A DNA stretch of 64,000 nt from Chloroflexota bacterium (GTDB lineage Bacteria > Chloroflexota > UBA11872): the NCBI GenBank assembly GCA_965263075.1, contig CBDHGI010000006.1, positions 402,929 to 466,928 of the forward strand, in the 5' to 3' direction. Both the position numbers and the translations under genes were made by a program. Shown piece after piece: positions 1-10,195 of this stretch (its first letter is position 1; each line of letters begins with the position of its first letter). The notes below the pieces were generated by a model. The model was not told the origin of the DNA and made no database searches. It saw only the letters and a program-made list of their open reading frames with translations.

Positions 1-1332
1 CGCCATGACGTCGCCGTGCCAGAACATGGCCAACCCGGCGGCCTCCTCGGCCACGCCGCGCGTTTCCGCGGCGCGATTCACAACGATGTTGTTGGTCTCG
101 TTGTGGTAACCGCGGAGCCCCGAGTAGGGCGACTTGTAGGGCCAGAACACGTGGAAGTCGAAGCGGCCACCGATGTTGTTCTTGGTGCCCCCGCCCGAGT
201 TGTACCCGAAGCCGGACATCCCGATCAGACCGGAGGCGAACAGGTTGCTCGAGCCTGAGGTATTGGCCGGCGACTCCAGCGTGGCCTGCACCTGGTCGGT
301 GTTTGGCGCCACGCCGTCTTCCCAGGCCAGGCTCCACCAGTCGGCGAAGGCCTCAACCGAGTTTCCGCCGGGCTGCGTGGCGATCGAGGCCGTGGAAGTC
401 TCGCTCGCGCTGTCGTACCAGGCGGCGCCTTCGCTCGAGAAGCGTTCGGCCCAACCCTGGTTCCAGGCGCCAGTCTGGCGCTCCAAGCCCCAGATCCCGG
501 CTTCCGGGTCACTCATCTGCGCTGCCAACTCGCGAAATTCGTCGAACTCGTAGTCCTTGCCGGGAATCGTGACGCCAAACTGTTCGACGAGGCTCAGGTT
601 GGCCATCATGGCGCCGACGTAGACGCCGTACGGCACCCCTCGGATGACCCCATCCTTGTCGACCAGATAGCCGTCATGCCACCAGAAGTCATCCTTCGTC
701 AACCCGGCCCGCTGCATGTGCGGCTCCAGGTCCAGGTTGTAGAGGTCAGCGTTCCACCACAGCTCGGACATCAATTCCGGCCCCGAACCGGCCACCAGCA
801 GGTTCGTGAGGATGCCCGCGTAACCAACCGCGGTGCTGCCGCCGGAACCCGAGATGATCAGGATGTCCACCGTGACGTGCGGGTTGACCTTGTTGTATTC
901 CGCGGCCATGTACTTGTGAGTGGCCGCGCGGACGCCCGAGCCCCAGTCGGTCGAGAACTCCAGCCGCACCGGCGGGCGCATCGGTTCGGCCTCCACCATT
1001 ACTTCCTTGACGACGGTCTTCTCGACGACCTTCTCGACCTCGACGACCTGGGTCACGATCTTCTGGACCTCGACCGGAACCTGGACTTCCTTGGTTACGA
1101 TCTTTTCCTGCGTGACGATGCGATCAACCGGGACTTCCTTGACCTCGGTTCTTGTCACAATCGTCTCGACGGGAACTTCCTTGATGACGGTGGTCTCGAC
1201 CGCGACTTCCTTGGTGATGACCGTTGGCTCCGTCTCGCCGCAGGCGGCCAACGCCGCGACGCCCGCCGCGCCGACACTCAGTCCGCCGGCGATGCGCAGC
1301 ATCCGACGTCGGGTCATGTTCGAACTGATTCC
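1..1332 (-). CDS. ABC transporter substrate-binding protein (extracellular solute-binding family 1, sugar-type); N-terminal Tat-like RRR motif plus lipobox Cys and a (T/K)EV-rich repeat linker; the 3' end runs off the left edge of the window
   Basis: Minus-strand frame open from 1332 to position 1; not in the ORF track because there is no in-window stop. The ATG at 1330-1332 has GGGGAGG 8 nt upstream, and a second in-frame ATG lies at 1312-1314 (MTRRRMLRIAGGLSVGAAGVAALAACG). The body has SBP_bac_1-like content (WWNADLYNLD, GIWGLERQTGAWNQGW). Confidence 0.75.
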
Positions 1333-1421
1333 CATACCGTGAGCCTCCCCTAGAGCGCGCCTCGTCCGCTCGGCGCCGCAGGCCAAAGTACCATGCAGGC
1401 CGAAAACGGTCATACCCCGAA

Positions 1422-2579
1422 GTGACGAAGCCCGTGTCGTTTGACCTGCTGATCACTGCCGGACAAGTTGTGGATCCAGCCCGTGGTCTCGCTGGGCCCG
1501 GCTTTGTCGCCACCAGCGGCGACCGAATTGCGGAGACTTCCGTTGGGTCCGCCGTAGACGGCAACCCGATCGCAGGGATTCGTCTCGACTATCCCGGTGG
1601 CGTGCTGCTGCCCGGCCTGGTTGATATGCACGCGCATCCGGCGGTCGAAGAGTCGAAGTACGGCATCGATCCTGACGAGCACTTCCTGCCGCGCGGCGTT
1701 ACGACCGTCATGTCTCAGGGCGACGCCGGCGCGCGAAACTGGGCGCGCTACCGGGAGCGGCTGATCGAAACCGCCCGCACACGCGTGCGGATGGCAATCA
1801 ATCTGTCGGCCTCCGGAGAATCCAGTCCCGGTCCCAGTCTTGGCGATCTGGCCGAGGCGGACGTGGACGCCTGCGTGAAGGCCATCCGCGACGGAGGCGA
1901 TTTGATCTGGGGCATTGCCATCAACGTGGCCGAAGCCGTCTGTGGCGACTGCGACCCACGCGAGATGTTGCGGCGGGCAATTCAGGTGGGCGAGGCGACG
2001 GACCGCCCGCTGCTCGTTGGCACGCGACACGCGGATGATTTTCCACTCGACGCGTTACTCGACGCGTTGCGACCCGGCGATGTCGTGACCTATTGCCTGC
2101 ACGGGCTCATCGACCGAATCGCGCGGGACGGCCATGTGCTCGACTGCGTGTGGAGGGCTCGGGAACGCGGCGTGCTATTCGACACGGGTCATGGGATGGG
2201 CTCGTTCGACTTCGAGGTCGCGAAGACCGTCGTCAAGGAGGGCTTTCTGCCGGACACCATTTCGACGGACCAATACCGGCGACACGTCGGCTCAAGCCCG
2301 CAGCACGACCTCCCGCTTACGGTGTCCAAGTTGCTGGCCGTTGGAATGCGCGCAGAGGATGCCTGGCCGCGCGTGACCTCGCGTCCGGCCGAGCTGCTTC
2401 ACCTGGCCGGCGAGGTTGGCACGCTGACGCCGGGCGCCTGCGCCGATCTGGTGGTGCTGACCGAATCAGAGAACGAAACCGCCTTGCGTGACGTCGGTGG
2501 CAATGAACGGCCGGGCAAGATCTGGAGCGCGAAGGCTGTGGTGCGCAACGGCGAGCTGGTAATCCCCGTCAGCGCTTAG
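1422..2579 (+). CDS. Metal-dependent amidohydrolase family protein
   Basis: 385-aa ORF with the DMHAHP metal-binding motif near the N-terminus and an ACADLVVL-type C-terminal motif typical of the amidohydrolase superfamily. Confidence 0.7.
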   Translation: MTKPVSFDLLITAGQVVDPARGLAGPGFVATSGDRIAETSVGSAVDGNPIAGIRLDYPGGVLLPGLVDMHAHPAVEESKYGIDPDEHFLPRGVTTVMSQGDAGARNWARYRERLIETARTRVRMAINLSASGESSPGPSLGDLAEADVDACVKAIRDGGDLIWGIAINVAEAVCGDCDPREMLRRAIQVGEATDRPLLVGTRHADDFPLDALLDALRPGDVVTYCLHGLIDRIARDGHVLDCVWRARERGVLFDTGHGMGSFDFEVAKTVVKEGFLPDTISTDQYRRHVGSSPQHDLPLTVSKLLAVGMRAEDAWPRVTSRPAELLHLAGEVGTLTPGACADLVVLTESENETALRDVGGNERPGKIWSAKAVVRNGELVIPVSA

Positions 2580-2668
2580 CACGGTTCTCGGCCCATTGGG
2601 GGCAGGCCTGGCGTCTTGCACTTGTCGCTGGATGCGCCGCCGTCTAGATTCTGAGCCAGTTCGCAGGC

Positions 2669-4267
2669 GTGAGTTCAGGTCGCACCGAGACCGGAGGCAA
2701 CGTGATCGCTCCTAAGTCGCGTGTTCCCGCATACACGTACCCGACGACGCTGGCCGAGCAGGAAGCCGCGCTAGCCTCGAATCCGCTGATGCAGCGCCTG
2801 CTGGCGTCGCGTGCGTCGTACGCCGGGCTGCGCCACCGGCCTGCCTATCACTACGTCAACCCGGAGTCGACGCTCAACGATCCGAACGGGCTTTGCTTCT
2901 GGCAAGGGCGCTGGCATCTGTTCTACCAGGCCTACCCGCCGGAGGATGATCGGCAGCACTGGGGCCACGCGGTGTCCGATGATCTGGTGCATTGGCGCGA
3001 TCTGCCCTATGCCATCTATCCCAGCCCCGAGGACAAGTGCTTTTCGGGCTCGACCCTGGTTGAGGACGACCGCGTGATTGCCATCTACCACGGCGTCGGC
3101 GCCGGCAACATGGTCGCGACCTCCAGCGATCCGCTGCTGCTGAACTGGGAGAAGGTCGCAAACAAGGCCGTGATCCCGAAGCCGGGCCCCAACGATCCTC
3201 CGGCACCCTACAACGTCTTCGATCCGTGCATATGGACAAAGGACGGCGTTTACTACTCGCTCTCCGCGGGAACTAAGCCCGAAGGCCCCGCCGGCATGCC
3301 GGTCCGGGCAAACTACCTTTTCCGGTCAGAGGACCTGGAGCACTGGGATTACCTGCATCCCTTCATTGAAGACGACCACTTCACAATGGTCGGCGACGAT
3401 GGCGCCTGTCCTTACTTCTGGCCCATTGGCGACCGCCACATGCTGCTCTTCTACAGCCACACGAGTGGTGGCCAATACCTGCTGGGCGACTACGACACCG
3501 AGCGAGACAAGTTTGTGGTGACCCACGGCGCGAAGTTCAACTTTGGGCCGTCAGGGCCATCCGGTCTTCACGCTCCGTCGGCGACGCCGGATGGCAAGGG
3601 CGGCCTGATCGTGATCTTCAACATGAACCCGGGCAAGCCCACGCCGCGCTGGAACCAGATCATGACCCTCCCCCGACGAGTCACGGTCGACGGAGACGCG
3701 GTGTTCATCGAACCGGTCGAGACGCTCACCTCGCTGCGGCAGGTCGAGCAAGACCTGGGTTCGCTACGCCTGCCGGCCAACGAGGAGGTTGTGCTGGACG
3801 GGACATCCGGCGACGCGCTGGAGCTCGAGCTGGAGGTCGAGCCATCCTCGGCGCCGATGGTTGAACTGAACGTCTTGCGCTCGTCAAACCGAGAAGAATT
3901 CACGCGCATCGCCTTCTACCGCGACCGTGGCTATCGCAGCAACCACTTCAACATGCGACTGATCGGACCGCTCGGGACCCACCTGAGCCAGATCTCGATC
4001 GACACCTCGTACTCGTCCATCGCCCCTGATGCGTTGTCGCGTGCGCCGGAGAATGCACAATTTCGAATTGCGCCCGACGAACCACTGCGGCTGCGCGTAT
4101 TCGTTGACCGAAGCGCAGTGGAGGTATTTGCGAACGGGCGGCAGGCCCTGGCCGTGCGCGTCTATCCGGAGCGTGAGGACAGCGTGGGCGTCTCGTTGCG
4201 ATCGCAGGGGGCCCCCAGCACCGTTCGGTCGTTGAAGGCCTGGCCGCTGGAGTCGCTCTGGGACTGA
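2669..4267 (+). CDS. Glycoside hydrolase family 32-like protein (beta-fructofuranosidase/levanase fold), cytoplasmic; the catalytic motifs look non-canonical
   Basis: YHYVNPESTLNDPNGLCFWQGRWHLFYQ (GH32 NDPNG nucleophile block), WGHAVSDDLVHW and FSGS blocks. No signal peptide. The RDP-equivalent reads VFDPC and the EC-equivalent reads GACPYFW in my alignment by eye. Confidence 0.7.
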   Translation: MSSGRTETGGNVIAPKSRVPAYTYPTTLAEQEAALASNPLMQRLLASRASYAGLRHRPAYHYVNPESTLNDPNGLCFWQGRWHLFYQAYPPEDDRQHWGHAVSDDLVHWRDLPYAIYPSPEDKCFSGSTLVEDDRVIAIYHGVGAGNMVATSSDPLLLNWEKVANKAVIPKPGPNDPPAPYNVFDPCIWTKDGVYYSLSAGTKPEGPAGMPVRANYLFRSEDLEHWDYLHPFIEDDHFTMVGDDGACPYFWPIGDRHMLLFYSHTSGGQYLLGDYDTERDKFVVTHGAKFNFGPSGPSGLHAPSATPDGKGGLIVIFNMNPGKPTPRWNQIMTLPRRVTVDGDAVFIEPVETLTSLRQVEQDLGSLRLPANEEVVLDGTSGDALELELEVEPSSAPMVELNVLRSSNREEFTRIAFYRDRGYRSNHFNMRLIGPLGTHLSQISIDTSYSSIAPDALSRAPENAQFRIAPDEPLRLRVFVDRSAVEVFANGRQALAVRVYPEREDSVGVSLRSQGAPSTVRSLKAWPLESLWD

Positions 4268-4286
4268 GTCGCAGAAGCCAGCGCGG

Positions 4287-5015
4287 TTAGCGGCCTTTCC
4301 AGTCCAGGTCGATGTCGGGCAGCATGGGCAGTTCCTCCATGAAGCGGTAGAAGCGCCCGGTCGGACCGCCATCCGGCAGCGACGCCAGCCAGACGGCCGT
4401 GGGCACGGCCTCGGACGGCGGCACGGTAGAGGTTGGGTTCATGTCGGTCCGAACCGATCCCGGGCTCATGGCGTTGACCAGCACGTTGGCGGCCTGAACC
4501 TCCTTGGACATCGCAATGGTGAGCGCGTTAACCGCGGCCTTGGACGCGGCGTAAGCCGATTCACCGGGGTTGCACATGATGGCGGAGCCGGAGGACACGT
4601 TGACGATGCGCCCGTAACCCGCCTCGATCATGTGCGGCAGAGCGGCGTGGCAGCAGGCGAAAAGGCCGATCAGGTTGACTGCCTGCACGCCGGCGAACGC
4701 TTCGGGCGAAACCTCGGCCACCGGCCCGCGAGCAGTGCTCACCCCGGCGTTGTTGCAGAGCACGTCCAACCGGCCATGACGGGCGACTACCCCGTCGATC
4801 ACCTGGCGCACCGCGTTCGCGTCGCTCACGTCCAGCGTCACGACTTCGGACGTGCCGGGCAGTTGCTCAATCTCGGCGGCAACCGCGGCCAGTCGTTCTT
4901 TGTCGCGCGCCGCCAGGACCACGTGCGCTCCGGCGCGCGCGAATCCCAGCGCGATCTCGCGCCCGATCCCCCGGCTGGCACCGGTGACCAGAGTCGTTCG
5001 ATTCGTGAGGTCCAT
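4287..5015 (-). CDS. SDR family oxidoreductase (short-chain dehydrogenase/reductase)
   Basis: TGASRGIGREIA Rossmann motif, NNAG, and the S...YxxxK catalytic motif (SAYAASKAA). 242 aa. Confidence 0.85.
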   Translation of the reverse strand: MDLTNRTTLVTGASRGIGREIALGFARAGAHVVLAARDKERLAAVAAEIEQLPGTSEVVTLDVSDANAVRQVIDGVVARHGRLDVLCNNAGVSTARGPVAEVSPEAFAGVQAVNLIGLFACCHAALPHMIEAGYGRIVNVSSGSAIMCNPGESAYAASKAAVNALTIAMSKEVQAANVLVNAMSPGSVRTDMNPTSTVPPSEAVPTAVWLASLPDGGPTGRFYRFMEELPMLPDIDLDWKGR

Positions 5016-5105
5016 CGGGGGCAGGCTCCAATCCGTACATGTCGCAACCGCCGGTCAGGCAAACCGTCAGTCCGCACCCCGGCCTCAACGACCTTGGCTA
5101 CCGAC

Positions 5106-5333
5106 TCAGCTGCCCTGACTAGCTTGCTTGGCTTGATCCAGACCCGAGCGACGGGCCTCGGCGTCTTTCTCATGATCGGTCGCGCCCACGCAGCCGCGGC
5201 CACAGCGTGCTGACGGCCGGAACTCAAACGAGTCGCTGTCAGCGCAGGCGCCCAACCCGAACACAACCGGCGTAACGATCAGCGCGCCGATCACCGCGCG
5301 CCTCCCCAGAACACGAGGAGCATGATTTGGCAT
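5106..5333 (-). CDS. Small putative lipoprotein (75 aa), hypothetical
   Basis: ORF with a hydrophobic N-terminus ending in LGAC (lipobox-like), followed by a Cys-containing hydrophilic tail. No homology recognised. Confidence 0.3.
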   Translation of the reverse strand: MPNHAPRVLGRRAVIGALIVTPVVFGLGACADSDSFEFRPSARCGRGCVGATDHEKDAEARRSGLDQAKQASQGS

Positions 5334-5429
5334 GGCCCTGGCTCACGGATGCCCATCAGGCCCAAGCATAACTCAGGCTGCCAGATCGGCTGTACCCGAG
5401 CGTTGCAAGCCCGGGTGGAGTCAGTGCGC

Positions 5430-7046
5430 CTATTGCACCTGCAACGGCCGTTGCAGCTTGACGGGAACGTCGATCAGCGACGGGCGATCCAGTTCCAACG
5501 CTTCGCGAAGCGTGGTTTCCAGCGTTTCCGGCGTTGCCCGCATGCCGACGGCTCCAAACGACTCGGCAAACTTCACAAAGTCGGGATTCCGCAAGTTCAC
5601 TTCGTAGTCGTCGTCGTAATCGCGCAAGAAGTCCTCTTTGATCGCGCCGTAGGCGTCGTCGTTGAAGATCACGACCGGAACGTTCAGTCCCTGCTGCACG
5701 GCGGTCGCCATTTCCTGCGCCGTAAAGAGGAAGCCGCCATCGCCGGTCAGCGAGACGACGGGTTGGTCGGGCGCCACCAGCTTGGCCCCCAGCGCCACGG
5801 GATACGAGTAGCCCAGCGTTCCGAACGCGAGACCGTAGAGCCAGGTCCGAGGTTCGTAGAACGGCAGATGCTCGCGGCTCCAGTAGCCGAGCAGATGCGG
5901 ATCGCTGGCCACTATGGTGTTGCGCGGGAGGGCGTTCCGAATGGCCCGCATGAGGCCCCACTCCAGCGGAGCGCGTTGCGCCAGTTCGGCGCGGACCTCG
6001 TCGCGCGCCGCGCGTCCGGCGTCAACCCACTCGTCGCGGTCGACTTCCGGTGCATCGGCGGTCGCTTCCACGAGGGCCGCAAGCGCCGGTTTCGCGTCCG
6101 CGTGCACACCGATCTCGGCTGGGAAGTTCTTCCCGGGCTGAGTTGGGTCGATGTCAATGTGTAGCAGGCGGTCCGGCACGGGCAGCGTCCAGCGTCCGCT
6201 CGAGAGGTATGAGAAGCGGGCGCCCACCGCCAGCATGACGTCCGCCCGCTCCATGAACCGTCGAATTGGGCCGTGTTGGTTCAGATTGCCGACCACGAGC
6301 GGGTGGTCCTCAGGCATCGCTCCTTTGCTGGTCGTGGTGAGCATGACCGGGATGTCCAGCGACTCGGCCAGCGTCCGAAGTTCCGCCGAAGCGCCGGACA
6401 TCATCACTCCACCGCCAGCCCAAATGAGGGGGCGCTCAGCCGTGGCCAGGATCGAGGCGATGCGTTCCAGGTCGGTCGAATCGCCCTGTGGCGGCTGATG
6501 TGACTCCGCTTGAAGCAACTTCACCTCGCCTTCGCCTTGAAAAACGTCGACTGGGATCTCGACGACGACCGGCCGAGGACGGTTGACCTGCATCCGGCGC
6601 AGACCCTCGTGGATCGCCGCGGGAATCTCACCGGGCGACATCGCCTGCCGGCTCCACTGGCTCAGCCGGCTGAAGACCCCGAACTGATCCTTGCTTTCGT
6701 GAACGATCCCGCGGTCCTGATACAGGTAGGCCGACATGTCCTCGGCCATGATGTTCAGCAGAGGGATGCCATCCCCATAGGCTTCGCCCATGGGTGTGGC
6801 CACGTTCAGAGCTCCCGGACCGGCCGTGCTAAGGATCGTGGCCGGCTTGCCAGTGACCCGCGCCGCGCCGATGGCCATGTACCCGGCGCCCTGCTCATGT
6901 CGCACCAGCACATGGCGGATCTTGTCCTGCCGCATCAGACGACCGTACAGGTGTTCGCTGTGATATCCGGGAATCCCGAACACCAGGTCAATGCCTTCGG
7001 CGATCAAACTCTGGACCACGGCGTCCGACCCGGTCATCACTGCCAT
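5430..7046 (-). CDS. Thiamine pyrophosphate-dependent enzyme, acetolactate synthase large subunit-like
   Basis: 538 aa. N-terminal GSDAVVQSLIAEGIDLVFGIPG and HEQGAGYMA blocks typical of the TPP_enzyme_N domain, plus central and C-terminal TPP-binding regions. Confidence 0.75.
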   Translation of the reverse strand: MAVMTGSDAVVQSLIAEGIDLVFGIPGYHSEHLYGRLMRQDKIRHVLVRHEQGAGYMAIGAARVTGKPATILSTAGPGALNVATPMGEAYGDGIPLLNIMAEDMSAYLYQDRGIVHESKDQFGVFSRLSQWSRQAMSPGEIPAAIHEGLRRMQVNRPRPVVVEIPVDVFQGEGEVKLLQAESHQPPQGDSTDLERIASILATAERPLIWAGGGVMMSGASAELRTLAESLDIPVMLTTTSKGAMPEDHPLVVGNLNQHGPIRRFMERADVMLAVGARFSYLSSGRWTLPVPDRLLHIDIDPTQPGKNFPAEIGVHADAKPALAALVEATADAPEVDRDEWVDAGRAARDEVRAELAQRAPLEWGLMRAIRNALPRNTIVASDPHLLGYWSREHLPFYEPRTWLYGLAFGTLGYSYPVALGAKLVAPDQPVVSLTGDGGFLFTAQEMATAVQQGLNVPVVIFNDDAYGAIKEDFLRDYDDDYEVNLRNPDFVKFAESFGAVGMRATPETLETTLREALELDRPSLIDVPVKLQRPLQVQ

Positions 7047-7090
7047 ACGGGATCTCCTGCGCGGCTCATGCGAGCGCTGATCGTAGCCGA

Positions 7091-8689
7091 CTATCCGTTC
7101 CTTCTACGGTCTGGCGACTTGCCGGTAGCGAGTCTTGCCTGAACCAAGTGCACCAGTTGCCGCACCTCAGGAACGCGCAGCAGTGCCAGCATTGCTATAT
7201 AGACAGCCGCGATTCCCGTGCCGCTCGCCAGAAGCACACGCCAGCCAGCCGCACCGTCAGGGGCCAACGTCGCTGAGGCCCATTCGCGCAGGACCAGACC
7301 GGTGACGACCGCAAGGCCACCGGCCGCGATAACGCGGGCCCCAAAGGACCAGAGTCCGGGATCACCAAAACCGCCCAGCCGTCGCCACAGCAACCAGCCC
7401 AGGACCGCGCCATGCAGGCTGTTCTGGACCGTATTGGCGGCAACCAGCCCAAACACGCCGAACGGTTCGACCAGGGCAAGCGCCACGACCAGGTACGCCA
7501 CCCCTCCGCCTACGCCCACCAGCACCGGCGTCAACGTATTGCGCGTCGCATAAAACGCCGCAATGAAGACCTGATCCAGCACGGTCAGGGGCAATTGAAT
7601 CGCATAGATCAGCAGCGCCAGACCGGTCAGGCCGGTAGCCGTCGCGTCGAATGCGCCGCGCTCGTAGACCACTCGAACTACCGGAACGCTCAATATGGTG
7701 AGGATGGCGGTGATCGGAACCATCAGGACGAAGGCGCTGCGCGCGGCGGTAACCAGTGCGGACTTGAACTCCGCCGCGTTCCTCAGCTCGCGCGGCTGCT
7801 CGGGCGCGCTTCGGGCCAGCACGGGCAGAAAGGCCAGCGCAATCGCCGTCCCGATTAGCCCCAGCGGGAACTGCTGCAAGCGGGTGGCAAAGCGCATGAT
7901 CGCCAGGCTGCCCTCACCGGTACGGGACGCGAGGTTGGTGTCCACAATCACCAGGGCCTGCGCCACGACCAGGCCGCCAGCGATCGGGAGATAGAGCCGC
8001 AGCGCGCGCGCCGTATCCGGGTTGTTCCGCCAGGCCGGCGCGGTCAGCCGCACCCGATCCCGAACCAGCGCGGGAATCTGAACCAGCAGATGCGCCCCCG
8101 CCCCCGCCAGATAGCCGATAGCCACGCCAGCCGGTCCGACGATGGGCGTGAGTGCGAGCGCCAGCACGATGAGGGTTCCGTTGAGCGTTGCCGGCCCGAA
8201 TGAGGGCGCGGCGAACCGATCACGGGCGTACAGACGCGCCGCCGTAACCGCGGATAGCCCCAGAAAGAGGACGGTGGGCAGGGTAATGCGCGTCATCACA
8301 ACCGCCATGGCGCGCGTCGCCGCGGGCAAGCCCGGTGCGGCCGCCGCCACCAACGGCTCCGCAAGCACCACCAGTACGACCGTCACGCCAACTAGCGCCA
8401 GGCCGACGGACGCGATCAAGGACGAGAAGGTTCGCGCCAGGCGGCGCTCGTCCGAGGCCATCTCGCTGAAGAGTGGAATCAGCACGCCGGAAACTGCGCC
8501 GCCAATTACCAGTTCATGCACGAGCTGCGGCAGGCGGGTGGCGACCTCGAATGCGTCGGTCGCGCCGGATACACCGAACAGGGCGGCGATAACCGGCTCG
8601 CGCACGAAGCCCAGTAGCCGGCTAATGATGTTGCCGGCCGCGACCAGCGCGACGGCCCTCGCCACCTGCCGGGTTGTCGCGGTGTTCAC
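7091..8689 (-). CDS. murJ: Lipid II flippase MurJ (MviN)
   Basis: 532-aa polytopic membrane protein. N-terminal GNIISRLLGFVRE and ALFG blocks are characteristic of MurJ/MviN. Confidence 0.85.
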   Translation of the reverse strand: MNTATTRQVARAVALVAAGNIISRLLGFVREPVIAALFGVSGATDAFEVATRLPQLVHELVIGGAVSGVLIPLFSEMASDERRLARTFSSLIASVGLALVGVTVVLVVLAEPLVAAAAPGLPAATRAMAVVMTRITLPTVLFLGLSAVTAARLYARDRFAAPSFGPATLNGTLIVLALALTPIVGPAGVAIGYLAGAGAHLLVQIPALVRDRVRLTAPAWRNNPDTARALRLYLPIAGGLVVAQALVIVDTNLASRTGEGSLAIMRFATRLQQFPLGLIGTAIALAFLPVLARSAPEQPRELRNAAEFKSALVTAARSAFVLMVPITAILTILSVPVVRVVYERGAFDATATGLTGLALLIYAIQLPLTVLDQVFIAAFYATRNTLTPVLVGVGGGVAYLVVALALVEPFGVFGLVAANTVQNSLHGAVLGWLLWRRLGGFGDPGLWSFGARVIAAGGLAVVTGLVLREWASATLAPDGAAGWRVLLASGTGIAAVYIAMLALLRVPEVRQLVHLVQARLATGKSPDRRRNG

Positions 8690-9231
8690 GTCGTGCGGCG
8701 GCTTCTCGCGATCAGGTCCCTGGAGGCCTGGCCCGGCGCCAACGGCACAAAGACGGCAGGAATCCCCAGGCGCCGGAGTGTGTCGGTCTCAGGAAGTGTG
8801 CGGCCACCCGCGGTCGGATCGTAGTCCGCGCCCTTGACATAATAATCCGGGCGCAGCTGCTCGATGAGCCGATCGGCAGTCTCCTCGCCGAACGGCGTTA
8901 CGACACTCACCCAGCGGATGGCCACCAACACAGTCAGTCGATCCACCAGCCGCATCAGGGGACGGTCCGCGCCCTTTAGCTTGCGGACACCAGCGTCGCT
9001 GTTGACGCCCACCACGAGGGTGTCACCGCGCGAGGCGGCGCCGCGCAGCAGCGCCACATGGCCCGGATGAATCAGGTCAAAGCAGCCGTTGGTCAGCACT
9101 AGCCGGCGGCCGGCGGCACGCTCTCGCGTGCCAAGATCCGCCAAGTCGTCCGGCTGGACGACCTCGGCCTCAGGCGTAGTGGTCACGGGCCTCGCACACG
9201 ATTTCGTCAGCCGACACCACCGCAACGCCAA
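8686..9231 (-). CDS. D-glycero-beta-D-manno-heptose 1-phosphate adenylyltransferase (stand-alone HldE domain II / RfaE2-like cytidylyltransferase)
   Basis: LTNGCFDLIHPGHV (HxGH nucleotidyltransferase motif). Stop overlaps the murJ start. The true start may be the GTG at 9184-9186 (166 aa) rather than the ATG at 9231, which would overlap the upstream kinase gene by 62 nt. Confidence 0.75.
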   Translation of the reverse strand: MALRWCRLTKSCARPVTTTPEAEVVQPDDLADLGTRERAAGRRLVLTNGCFDLIHPGHVALLRGAASRGDTLVVGVNSDAGVRKLKGADRPLMRLVDRLTVLVAIRWVSVVTPFGEETADRLIEQLRPDYYVKGADYDPTAGGRTLPETDTLRRLGIPAVFVPLAPGQASRDLIARSRRTT

Positions 9232-10195
9232 GTTGGCGCACCACGACGCGTGCCGCCAACGACGACAGCACCGCCGCCTCGCGCGGCGTGGCGCCGCCCA
9301 GCATGGCCGCGGTCATGGTTGCAGCCACGGTGTCCCCTGCGCCCGTCGGGTCAGCGAATCTGCCCACTTCGGCCGCCGGAATGAAGGCTTGTCCGTCAAT
9401 CTCAGCGTCCAATGCCATTCCCGACGCGCCAAGGGTGACCAATACGGCCTCGACTCCGACCGCCCGCCGAAGTTCACCGGCCGCGGCAAGCGCGTCGGCG
9501 GTTGAGGCGAACTCGCGTCCGAGCTCGGCTTCGGCCTCAGGCTGATTCGGCGTGAGGAGCGTTGTATTTCGGAATCTTGCCAGGTCGCCGTGCGCGTCGG
9601 CGGTGACCACGATTCCGGCGTCGCGCGCGGCGGGCAGTGCCACGTCCAACACTGACGAACTCACCACACCGGCTTCGTAATCAGAGATCACCAGAGCATC
9701 GGCCGTGGTCAGCGCAGTCTCCAGGTAGGAGGCCATTGCGTCGGTGGTCTCCGGCTTGACCGGAGACCGGTCCAACGTATCCACTCGTGCGATCATGCTC
9801 TGCGGACGCTGCCGGTCGCCGCCTGCCCAGATCCGCAGCTTTACCGCCGTTACCCGATCCGGGTCGCGAAACAAGCCTGCGGTGTGGATTCCACGTTGCG
9901 TCAGCTGCTCGTCCAGGCTGTCGGCCATTGCATCGGCGCCAACGACGCCGGTCACGGTCACGTCGCAGCCCAAACCTCGCAGGTTGGTTGCCACGTTCGT
10001 GGCCGCACCGGGTACCAGAAGGCGCTCTCGCTGCTCAATCACAGGAAGCGGCGCTTCGCGCGACAGGCGCCGGGCGGCCCCTATGACGTGCTCGTCGACC
10101 ACCATGTCGCCGAGCACAACGACGCGCTTGCCGGCCGCACGAGCGAAGACTTCGACCGCGCGCTGGTAATTGATCGTCGGGCCGGAGGCCCCCAT
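9170..10195 (-). CDS. D-glycero-beta-D-manno-heptose 7-phosphate kinase (stand-alone HldE domain I, PfkB/ribokinase family)
   Basis: 341 aa, PfkB-like (VVLGDMVVDEHV; C-terminal TGAGDT anion-hole motif). Sits immediately upstream of the adenylyltransferase gene. Confidence 0.75.
   Translation of the reverse strand: MGASGPTINYQRAVEVFARAAGKRVVVLGDMVVDEHVIGAARRLSREAPLPVIEQRERLLVPGAATNVATNLRGLGCDVTVTGVVGADAMADSLDEQLTQRGIHTAGLFRDPDRVTAVKLRIWAGGDRQRPQSMIARVDTLDRSPVKPETTDAMASYLETALTTADALVISDYEAGVVSSSVLDVALPAARDAGIVVTADAHGDLARFRNTTLLTPNQPEAEAELGREFASTADALAAAGELRRAVGVEAVLVTLGASGMALDAEIDGQAFIPAAEVGRFADPTGAGDTVAATMTAAMLGGATPREAAVLSSLAARVVVRQLGVAVVSADEIVCEARDHYA

Noticed and set aside
676-1353. Plus-strand ORFs 676..1353 and 920..1342 (Thr/Val/Ser-rich)
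   Set aside because: Antisense shadows of the minus-strand SBP gene, which has clear family homology and a signal peptide.
4632-5266. Plus and minus ORFs 4632..5213 and 4838..5266 overlapping the SDR gene
   Set aside because: Out-of-frame shadows with Arg-rich composition. The SDR frame has unambiguous motifs.
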